From Leptospiraceae bacterium (GTDB taxonomy: Bacteria > Spirochaetota > Leptospiria > Leptospirales > Leptospiraceae): DNA of 64,000 bases. This document shows positions 28,201 through 34,862 of this stretch, one piece after another. A program made the position numbers and the translations under genes. A model generated the notes under the pieces. It searched no databases. It was not told the DNA's origin and saw only the letters and a list, made by a program, of their open reading frames with translations. Numbering within the stretch: the first letter of the stretch is position 1; every line of letters begins with the position of its first letter. Location of the stretch: positions 112,741 through 176,740 of the forward strand of contig JAKRSH010000026.1 of the NCBI GenBank assembly GCA_022402465.1. The letters run 5' to 3'.

Positions 28201-28386
28201 TTCCGCAGGATTTTTTATTCCTTCATTGGATATATTCCAGTTTAGATAGCGAAATAAAGGTTTAATAAATTCATCTTCTATCTGGGCTTCTTTGTATTGC
28301 CCTGATGTTTTGATAAAATCCAATTTGTCTGCAAAATTCTCTGTTAATTCTTGAATCTTTGATTTTGATTCTTCTTTGGTGAACAT
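25255..28386 (-). CDS. type IIG restriction-modification enzyme (fused PD-(D/E)xK-like nuclease, gamma-class N6-adenine DNA methyltransferase and target-recognition region; Eco57I/MmeI-like)
   Basis: 1043-aa ORF. The N-terminal motif is EPDYLL..(x)..FYIEAKH (D78, E92, K94; nt 28105-28155). SAM-binding motif I DPACGSGSF is at nt 27130-27153. Catalytic motif IV GNPPY is at nt 26590-26604. About 440 aa follow motif IV, where related enzymes place the specificity domain. Confidence 0.85.
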   Translation of the reverse strand: MFTKEESKSKIQELTENFADKLDFIKTSGQYKEAQIEDEFIKPLFRYLNWNISNEGIKNPAEREFIVQAQAKNGKEPDYLLQLDKNPLFYIEAKHSKYDLQKKTDFIWQAYSYSYSTQSKAKYQKVDFALLTDFEEFRFFDCTFPVKNHQTLNNYCVIDWKFQDYIQNFDKLWEYFERENVRNGSLQSLYINEKKIKENRIPPDKAFLKDLDDEKDGWRIKLAKDIKKYQPDFSAEFITQAVQLILDRFIFIKVLSDRDIEEDIIKNLVIKISSIKDKEEGIIYDECRDVFDSLDKTYNGSIFTKRSELDEVKVSNKILLEILKDLLPENSRYNFKVIPIEILGTIYEQFLGKVVVTTDKRASIDYKPEIRKAGGVYYTPDYIVDYIVEKTVGEKLKECKKLEDLLEIKICDPACGSGSFLITAYDHLIQWTISYYESKIKFDTDNDSQSSELKGISKEERKLVYMDSDGQIRLTSKIKRDILKSCIYGVDIDAQAVEVTKMSLSLKALENTNHYEVYNERTLFHTTILPTLEGNIKCGNSLVGTDIYEDIKLFSISDKEKSKINAFDWRYEFSNILNPRNNESEKENGFDCIIGNPPYIRIQALKEISPETVLYYNSTYETGKIGNYDIYILFVEQALKVLLNNRGLFGFILPSKFFTTDYGEALRSLIIKGSHLSQIIDFKHEQVFDGPSTYTCLLFLSKMNTSGFTYRVCSPPNSIKNSGNDEQIFDHSSLLENNTWVFSTTEEKLILKKLSQNTLKLLELPCAISRGSSSGNDSVFIVKKSKDKYETKNGEVINLEPALLKIPLYATDFNRYSFNPLNDERIIFPYVINNKGFELIQEKELKREFPNVYSYLLENKKLLEKRKQFSSWYSFSAPRSLNLHTKADIVIPLLANSGIFALIPDESKEMYCLMASGGFSITIQNKDYSPYYILGLLNSKLLFWNLRKISNIFRGGWITCTKQYFGTLPIKIINVNNRKYHDDISNYVSKVMELKQKTFDTKVESIKNTTLREMNSLNRKIDFAVYELYELSSDEIKIVEGGV

Positions 28387-28609
28387 AGTGAGAGTTTTAC
28401 TCTTGTGATTCTATATGTCAAAGGAATTTTTCTTGTAAGGTGTTAAATAAAAGAAAAATTAAAATCTTAATCGAGAGATTGTTAAAATAAATCAAAATAG
28501 ATGGCCAATTTATGTATATAAGTGTTTGTATGGAGGGATTTAAAGTTAAAAATAAGATATTTAAATGTTGAAGATTTCTTAAAGAATTAGAAAAATAACT
28601 TCCTTCTTG

Positions 28610-28636
28610 CGCCTACCACCAATCAGGCAATAGGCG
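28610..28636 (-). terminator. weak candidate hairpin downstream of the DUF6580-like gene
   Basis: CGCCTA (28610-28615) and TAGGCG (28631-28636) form a 6-bp GC-rich stem with a 15-nt loop, 12 nt past the stop of the 28648-29163 ORF. No clear U-tract follows on the minus strand. Confidence 0.2.
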
Positions 28637-28647
28637 ACGATTAGGAT

Positions 28648-29163
28648 CTAGCGAACAGGAACAGAAAGCAGGCGATTGCGAACTAGGTAATACATTCCAC
28701 CAAATAGGATTCCAGAAAATAACAGGTCTCCTAAGATTTGATTTTGTAGAAATGGAACAGCCATTACATAAGAAGCAATGAGACCAGAATAATCCAAAGT
28801 ATACATTCCAGACGTCAACCAGACAAGAAAATTCGTAACTACAAAGAAAACGACGGAACTAGAAATGCTCGTTGCACCTATCTTCCATGCACTGGATTGA
28901 TTGGAAAGGTTTCTGCCTAAAAAACTAAAAGCGATCATCAAAGCATAGATCGGTAGCATTAAATCATGGAAACCAAGAATTAAGTCAGACACAAACATGG
29001 CAGCTACAGGAATCAGAGCTCCCATCCATCGATGCGTTAAGTAGGCACCACCAAAGAGTGAAATCGCAATGATAGGAGTGAAATTTGCTGGATGGGGTAA
29101 GAGGCGAGTTGCGGCAGCAGCAATGATAAAAAGTACAACGATTAATAAATTGGATCTAAACAT
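28648..29163 (-). CDS. DUF6580-like small polytopic membrane protein (putative transporter component)
   Basis: 171-aa ORF with five hydrophobic helices. The N-terminal pattern ..ATRLLPHPANFTPIIAISLFGGAYL.. matches what I recall for the DUF6580 family. Confidence 0.55.
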   Translation of the reverse strand: MFRSNLLIVVLFIIAAAATRLLPHPANFTPIIAISLFGGAYLTHRWMGALIPVAAMFVSDLILGFHDLMLPIYALMIAFSFLGRNLSNQSSAWKIGATSISSSVVFFVVTNFLVWLTSGMYTLDYSGLIASYVMAVPFLQNQILGDLLFSGILFGGMYYLVRNRLLSVPVR

Positions 29164-29301
29164 GGAATTCCTACTTAGTTGATTCTAGATTTCCAAGATG
29201 CCAGCAAATCCAACAAAAACAAGCAAAAAAAGAATTACAATTCCTGGAGAAATCTTGATTTTAGGTGAAATTTTTTTCTAATGTGCCCAGATTAGTCCTC
29301 T

Positions 29302-29928
29302 ATGGCAAATTTAGAAACCTCTCAGGACCATGAATTTCATATTCGCTACCTAAAATCTCGTTTAGTAAAATGCAAGAGCAATCCAAAAATAAATGCGGAA
29401 CAGATAAAGATCCTTCAGAAAATTCTTTCCATCGCAGAAGTTGCTACAGATTACAATGATTATATTCTCAAATTAGCAGAGGCACATGATTTTTTTCCTC
29501 TAGCGCAAGCCGAACAGATTGACCGTTTTCGAAGTTTAGAAGATTTTTATAAGTCCATAGAATTCAAGGAATATGTAATCTCCAACCAAGCAAAAAGACA
29601 TGCTGCTGAGACATCTAAGGATTATTCTGATCTTGCTTCAAAAGTTCCACAGGGATATGGGAGTGGATTCCAAAATGAAATTACAGCACAGGCTAGATTG
29701 AATTCTATTGCAAGTCTGCTTGTTTATTTGATTCATTATTCCTGCTTAGGCGATGAGAAAGAGCGAGCTTCTCTTATGCGTACCATAGTTGGTGAGTGGG
29801 ATAAAATTCTTTCGACGGATCCTCAATTTAGTTTTGCTTCCTTAATGAATAAGCCTTATTCTTTACTCCATCCCTTTGATGAGAAAAAAATTAAACACTT
29901 AGAGAAAGTTTTTCAGGAGAATAGGTAA
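29302..29928 (+). CDS. hypothetical protein (all-alpha, cytosolic)
   Basis: 208-aa ORF with an ATG start. No signal peptide, TM segment or recognisable motif. Its stop overlaps the next start by 1 nt (TAATG). Confidence 0.5.
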   Translation: MANLETSQDHEFHIRYLKSRLVKCKSNPKINAEQIKILQKILSIAEVATDYNDYILKLAEAHDFFPLAQAEQIDRFRSLEDFYKSIEFKEYVISNQAKRHAAETSKDYSDLASKVPQGYGSGFQNEITAQARLNSIASLLVYLIHYSCLGDEKERASLMRTIVGEWDKILSTDPQFSFASLMNKPYSLLHPFDEKKIKHLEKVFQENR

Positions 29929-30998
29929 TGGAAGCAGGAATCAGAGAACTCATTGATGCTTATAAATCGGGAATGGCTACTTATAGTGACAAGCTTTCAA
30001 ATAATAATCCTATAATGAAAGAAGTTGAAGCACTTATGAATCAAGTGGAGGCACTAGGTGAAGAGAATGATTATATGGGTTTTATGACAAAAGCACAGGA
30101 ACTTGGTATTTTTCATAAACTTATCCAACTGCAAGCACAGCTAGCCTCGGAGAGTGCAAAAGTTTCTAAAAATGATTCTGGTAATTTAAAAATTCCAAGT
30201 CCTAAAGAAATCGCAATTGCTTATCACAATGCTTATGATTCTATCCCGGAAGATTATCGATCTAAAGAAATTCGTAGCATCTATGAAAAAGTTTTTCATT
30301 GGGAAGATGTTTCTAAATCGGCGGCTGAGTTCATAATGCATCTTGAAGAAGAAGATTTATATCTAGGGATGTCAAGAGTTCATTTAGCAGAAGTTATGAG
30401 AAAAGGACTTAGGGATATGCTAGGTGCGGGCTCCGATTGGACCGAATCTGGCATGGGTGTAATTTCTAATCCTCAAATGGAAAAATATTTTGAGACTATG
30501 GAAGAGACTATGCTTTCCGCTAAGTCCCTCTTAGAAATGGAGATACTAGCAATCAGCGAAGCAGAAAATTCTAGATTTTCCAATCTTTGGGATACTATCT
30601 TTATTCAATCCATCTTACTTGAGTTAGTGTCTCCTATCTCTGCATGGAAGATGGCAAAAACAGAATCCAACCGTTTGAATGTTGTAAGTTCCTATTACTA
30701 TCTATGTGAATTTTGGGGACTTAGCTGGGAGCAGTTTTTTCAGATTCCTAGAGTCTGGGATTTTTTTGAAAAGTCAATCTACTATCCAAGCCAAGATAGT
30801 TTAAGAAATCTTGGAATCAATACCATACAAGATTTTATTAAGGATCTAAAATCTGACTTAGATTTTTGTCTAAAGAATAACCAAAGAGCTCTTGATTTGG
30901 ATACAAGCAGACAGATTGTACTTTTTCGAGGCAAAGAAATTCCTTTAAGTGAAACCTTGCATGCCTTAAAAACAGCAAGTTTATCAAAAACATCTTGA
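29928..30998 (+). CDS. hypothetical protein (all-alpha, cytosolic)
   Basis: 356-aa ORF translationally coupled to the preceding ORF. No recognisable motif. Confidence 0.5.
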   Translation: MEAGIRELIDAYKSGMATYSDKLSNNNPIMKEVEALMNQVEALGEENDYMGFMTKAQELGIFHKLIQLQAQLASESAKVSKNDSGNLKIPSPKEIAIAYHNAYDSIPEDYRSKEIRSIYEKVFHWEDVSKSAAEFIMHLEEEDLYLGMSRVHLAEVMRKGLRDMLGAGSDWTESGMGVISNPQMEKYFETMEETMLSAKSLLEMEILAISEAENSRFSNLWDTIFIQSILLELVSPISAWKMAKTESNRLNVVSSYYYLCEFWGLSWEQFFQIPRVWDFFEKSIYYPSQDSLRNLGINTIQDFIKDLKSDLDFCLKNNQRALDLDTSRQIVLFRGKEIPLSETLHALKTASLSKTS

Positions 30999-31028
30999 TT
31001 CTTTTATAAAACAAGATACTATGAAAGT

Positions 31029-31769
31029 ATGGAATCAATCCTAAGAAAATTTGCTTGGAAGAAGAATCCAGAGAATTCTATCTTCGTTAGAATTCTTAAT
31101 CTATCCTCATGTTTATTTTTTTTAACAGGTTTCTTTATCCATTGTTCTAAGCCTTTCCCGGAATCTCCCTTACTTGACCTTGTTCTTTTACAATCCATAC
31201 AGAAAGAGCTTAGAGTTAGTGATACAAATGCAGAAGGAATAGCAAATACAAGGAAATATATTTTTGTAAGCCAGGGCACATACCAAGGAAGTCTAGGAGG
31301 AGTGAGTGGAGCAGATACGATTTGTCAAAATGAAAAGACTAATAACTTTGCTTCTTTACCAGGGGCTAATTCAGATTATAAAGCTATCTTAGTCGATGGA
31401 TCGAATCGTATAGCATGTGTAGCTGGGAATTGCAATACGGCTGCAGGGAACAATTCAAATTGGCCCTTAATTGCAAATACACAATACTTTCGTCCAGATA
31501 ACCAAGTCATTTTTCAAACCAACGGAGCAGGAATTTTTGTCTTAGGTGCACTAAGCAATGCCTTTAGCAATTCAGGTACTGACAGATGGTGGACAGGATT
31601 AGTAACTAATTGGACAAGTAGTACGGATGACTGTGCAAATTGGATTAGCAATGGAGGAGCAGTTTTTGGAATATTTGGCTTAGGTGGGGCAACGGATGAT
31701 TCTTCGATTTCAGATTTTAGCTCAGATGCATGCTCCACTTCCAAAAAGTTACTTTGTGTCCGCAATTGA
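31029..31769 (+). CDS. DUF1554-domain lipoprotein
   Basis: 246-aa ORF. It has a hydrophobic N-terminus with Cys (FFIHCS). The DUF1554 pattern is IFVSQGTYQGSLGGVSGADTICQNE..., with further conserved Cys/Trp residues and a C-terminal KKLLCVRN, as in the C-terminal domains of the 1642-6000 protein. Confidence 0.65.
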   Translation: MESILRKFAWKKNPENSIFVRILNLSSCLFFLTGFFIHCSKPFPESPLLDLVLLQSIQKELRVSDTNAEGIANTRKYIFVSQGTYQGSLGGVSGADTICQNEKTNNFASLPGANSDYKAILVDGSNRIACVAGNCNTAAGNNSNWPLIANTQYFRPDNQVIFQTNGAGIFVLGALSNAFSNSGTDRWWTGLVTNWTSSTDDCANWISNGGAVFGIFGLGGATDDSSISDFSSDACSTSKKLLCVRN

Positions 31770-31782
31770 ACATGAACAAGCT

Positions 31783-32433
31783 TCACAGATTTTTATTTGC
31801 AAAAAGTAATAATTCTGTAGCCTTATGAATATCCAATTTATCCATGATATTCTGCCTATGGATCTTGGCGGTCTTGGGCTTTATCTTGAGTTCTTCGCCT
31901 AACTGGATATCATTCAACCCTTCTGCAATGAGTCTGAGAATTTCTCTTTCTCTTGCAGTAAGCAGTTTCAATTTATCCGTATCATTTTTTTCGAGATCGT
32001 GTTCCTTCTCAAGATGATTCGATTTAGTCATTAATCTAGGACTAAGATAATAGAATCCATCCATTACAGACTTCGCAGCATCCACTAAGTCCTTGCCTGC
32101 CTCATCTTTAAGAACATAGGCATGGACTCCTATCCTTTTGGCTTTTTGTATATATTCAAATTGATCATGTCGGGATAATAAAATAATTTTTGTTAGTGGA
32201 AGTTTGGTTCTAATTTCTGAGGCAAGTTCTAATCCAGATTTTCCTGGCAAAGAGATATCTAATACAATTAGGTCTGGTTGGAGATGAAAAATCTCTAGGA
32301 GAGCAAGTTCAGCACTTCCAGCTTGTCCGACAATCTGAAATCCAGGATTCATTTGAAAAATCAAGACCAGACCCTCTCTAAGAATGGTATGGTCATCAAT
32401 AAAATAAACACTGTAAGGTGATTTATTCTTCAT
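31783..32433 (-). CDS. NarL/LuxR-family response regulator
   Basis: 216-aa ORF. The receiver domain shows DLIVLDISLPGKSG. The C-terminal LuxR-type HTH is LTAREREILRLIAEGLNDIQLGEELKIKPKTAKIHRQNIMDKL. It overlaps the upstream kinase gene by 11 nt. Confidence 0.85.
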   Translation of the reverse strand: MKNKSPYSVYFIDDHTILREGLVLIFQMNPGFQIVGQAGSAELALLEIFHLQPDLIVLDISLPGKSGLELASEIRTKLPLTKIILLSRHDQFEYIQKAKRIGVHAYVLKDEAGKDLVDAAKSVMDGFYYLSPRLMTKSNHLEKEHDLEKNDTDKLKLLTAREREILRLIAEGLNDIQLGEELKIKPKTAKIHRQNIMDKLDIHKATELLLFANKNL

Positions 32434-33391
32434 GAATCTCTGCCTCTTCTTTCTTAGGGATTTGGATATAAATTTCTGTACCCTTACCAGGATTGGAATG
32501 AATGTTTATTGAACCTTGGACATTTTCCACCCTACGTTTGGTATTTTCTAATCCAAAGCCAGTAGAATGAATTCTTACTCGTTCTGGTTGGAAGCCAATT
32601 CCATTGTCTTGTATACTTAAGATTATTTGATTGTTCTTAGTTAAGAGTTCAATATGTACTTCAGATGACTTAGAATGTTTTATAATATTTGAGCAAGATT
32701 CTTGGATGATTCTGTAAATTTGCAATTCTACATTAGATGAGATAGATTCTTTCAAGTTTTCTATAAAGTGAACCTTGTGATCTACAAAAAGATTTCTTAA
32801 TAATTCTCTAATAGCTGGAATCAGTCCTAATTCGGTGAGATGAGAGGAGAACAAATTTGAGTAGACTTCTCTAAGTTCTTGGCTTGCTCTATCAATGATT
32901 GCAAGACCGTCTTCCATTTTCCCAGCTTGAAAATGTAGCTTAGCTGCAAGAATTGTCTGACCAACACTATCGTGTAAGTCTTGTCCAATTTTCTGTCTTT
33001 CTTTCTCTTGTAGATTGAGTAATTCGCTATAGAGTGTTTTAATCTTTTTCTCTAACTTTTTGTTATCAGTGATATCCCTAAGCAGAAAAAGAATCTCATT
33101 CTTTGAGGGCTTTAAGCTATATCCATAGGTCTTTTTATTGTATTGAAACTCTTTGTTTAAAATAGAATGCTTTCTTGCTGAAAGTAGGTTCTTATGCAAG
33201 TCCTGCCACTGTTCTTGGTCAAGATTAAATAGACCCAGGAAGCTTTGGCCTATAGGATCATTAATTTTAGGAAATTCTTTTCTAAAAGATAGGTTACAAA
33301 ATGCAACAATCCCTTGCTTGTCAATACTAAGTAAAGGAGATAGGCTATCTATCAAATCAATAAAATATTCCCTAGTCTGTCTTGTCTGCAT
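32423..33391 (-). CDS. sensor histidine kinase (PAS-like + HisKA_3 + HATPase_c), cytosolic
   Basis: 322-aa ORF. H-box QDLHDSVGQTILAAKLH is of NarX/DegS type. The ATPase region shows N-box-like ..IIQESCSNIIKHS.. and G-boxes ..IQDNGIGF.. and ..GFGLENTKRRV.. . No TM segment. Confidence 0.8.
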   Translation of the reverse strand: MQTRQTREYFIDLIDSLSPLLSIDKQGIVAFCNLSFRKEFPKINDPIGQSFLGLFNLDQEQWQDLHKNLLSARKHSILNKEFQYNKKTYGYSLKPSKNEILFLLRDITDNKKLEKKIKTLYSELLNLQEKERQKIGQDLHDSVGQTILAAKLHFQAGKMEDGLAIIDRASQELREVYSNLFSSHLTELGLIPAIRELLRNLFVDHKVHFIENLKESISSNVELQIYRIIQESCSNIIKHSKSSEVHIELLTKNNQIILSIQDNGIGFQPERVRIHSTGFGLENTKRRVENVQGSINIHSNPGKGTEIYIQIPKKEEAEIHEE

Positions 33392-33437
33392 TCATCAAGA
33401 CTTTCATAGGGGAAGATTCCTTTGACAAGGAAAAAAC

Positions 33438-34760
33438 TTAGAAAGAAACTACTTGAGATGCTTCCTTGTTTAAATACCAATCCTTATAATTGGCTCCAGA
33501 AGATGTATACCAATCATCAAAGAAAGAGTACGCATTGTTTATATTTTTCTTTTCTAAGGGCCAAGAGAACTCACCGGGAATCATAAAAACCCAAGGGAAT
33601 CCTGCTGGATCCAGGTAGCTATCGCTTCCATCTGCATTTTTATACAATCCAAGTCTATGAATTGCGAGATTAGTGTTCTTTACTTGGATGTATAAATCGT
33701 ACGGAGAATTTCCAAGTGCTAATTTAGAGACTGGGGTATCTAAAACCAATTCCCATTCAGCCTTGTCTCCTGGAAGGAAAGTCTGTCCCTGGCTTGTATT
33801 GGATTGGGGTATGGTTGTATTGCTTTCAGGTAAAATCTGTATGCTGGATGATTTTTGTAGAAAACTAGAATCAGAAAAGTATTCACTACCATTTGGCTTA
33901 GTTCTAGTTAAGGTATAATTTCCAGAGACCGTATTCGGAAATTTGATATGGAGAGTATGGTTGTAGCCTGCACCTTTTGCAACATGGGTGTAGTATCCTC
34001 TAATCCGAGTTACACGCCCCTGGGAATCTAAATCTTCTTCATTGTAAACACGAACAACGTAATCATTGAAGTCAGCATCCCCCTTCTTAGGGAAAAGATC
34101 TTCGTAGCAAATTGTGTAGAAAGAATCAGAAGGAATTCGAATCATCGTTGCACGACTTGGATCATTTGGATATTCATCCTCTGAATCTTGGATACCATCC
34201 CCATCGGTATCTACTATAGGAGCAGGGACTTGAACTAGTGGTGAAGTAAAAAGAAAGATATCTCTGCTTACTTCAAGAATATTGATCAAATTTATTTCGA
34301 AAAAGTAATCTTTCCCTAAGTGTGTAACTTGCAAGCGAACCTTGGGCTCTTCTCTGTTATTGATCGTAAACGAACCTGTAACATTTCCAGAGGAATCCGT
34401 GATTGCTTTAAACACCGCATTGCCTGCAACATCTTGTTGTCCTAGCTCTATGATTTGAACTAGAGTTCCAGAGATAGGATTGATAAGGTCTCTAACCTTG
34501 ATACGAAGTGGATAGGTAGTAGTATTTTCGAATAAAAAATCAGAGCCACCATTTAAGTCTTCTATTGTCATAGAAAAAGGTACTTCGCTTGGGCTATCTG
34601 AGCCTGGTAGAGTTTGTGGTGAATTTCCAACAGGAGCTAGAGGTTGTAAGATAGCCATCATCCATAGGTAATTGGGGTCTTCCTTGGATGCACAAGAGAT
34701 TGTTAAGGCGATTCCAAGCACCAACAAATTGAGAGACTTCATCTTTTTATATTTTTCCAT
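33438..34760 (-). CDS. LruC-domain lipoprotein
   Basis: 440-aa ORF. Lipobox LTISCAS. It has a calcium-binding-type DTDGDGIQDSEDEYPNDP segment. This is followed by ..YEDLFPKKGDADFNDYVVRV.., the hallmark pattern of the LruC domain as I recall it. Confidence 0.7.
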   Translation of the reverse strand: MEKYKKMKSLNLLVLGIALTISCASKEDPNYLWMMAILQPLAPVGNSPQTLPGSDSPSEVPFSMTIEDLNGGSDFLFENTTTYPLRIKVRDLINPISGTLVQIIELGQQDVAGNAVFKAITDSSGNVTGSFTINNREEPKVRLQVTHLGKDYFFEINLINILEVSRDIFLFTSPLVQVPAPIVDTDGDGIQDSEDEYPNDPSRATMIRIPSDSFYTICYEDLFPKKGDADFNDYVVRVYNEEDLDSQGRVTRIRGYYTHVAKGAGYNHTLHIKFPNTVSGNYTLTRTKPNGSEYFSDSSFLQKSSSIQILPESNTTIPQSNTSQGQTFLPGDKAEWELVLDTPVSKLALGNSPYDLYIQVKNTNLAIHRLGLYKNADGSDSYLDPAGFPWVFMIPGEFSWPLEKKNINNAYSFFDDWYTSSGANYKDWYLNKEASQVVSF

Positions 34761-34862
34761 ACCAGTACCTCAAAGTTTATAATAAGGTGAAAAAGGAAAA
34801 AGAGCAATAAGCCAAAAGGCCTAGAATAATAAATTTTTTTCCAAAAAATTCGTGGAATCTGG

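Noticed and set aside
25255-28386. Possible BREX PglX-type methyltransferase (large NPPY adenine MTase in a defence island).
   Set aside because: No PglZ, BrxC/PglY, BrxL, BrxA/B or PglW-like gene is present anywhere in the window. The protein also carries its own N-terminal PD-(D/E)xK-like motif. A type IIG R-M enzyme is the simpler reading.
21437-28647. Flanking direct repeats (att-like sites) for the defence island. The heptamer GATCTAG occurs near both ends, in the left spacer (21437-21524) and near 28645.
   Set aside because: A 7-mer match in AT-rich DNA is expected by chance. There are no longer repeats, no tRNA target and no integrase, so I do not call a mobile element.
29164-29301. 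Possible riboswitch (for example cobalamin) in the leader of the DUF6580-like membrane-protein gene.
   Set aside because: The spacer is only ~138 nt and very AT-rich. It has no B12-box-like GCCACTG element and no obvious multi-stem structure.
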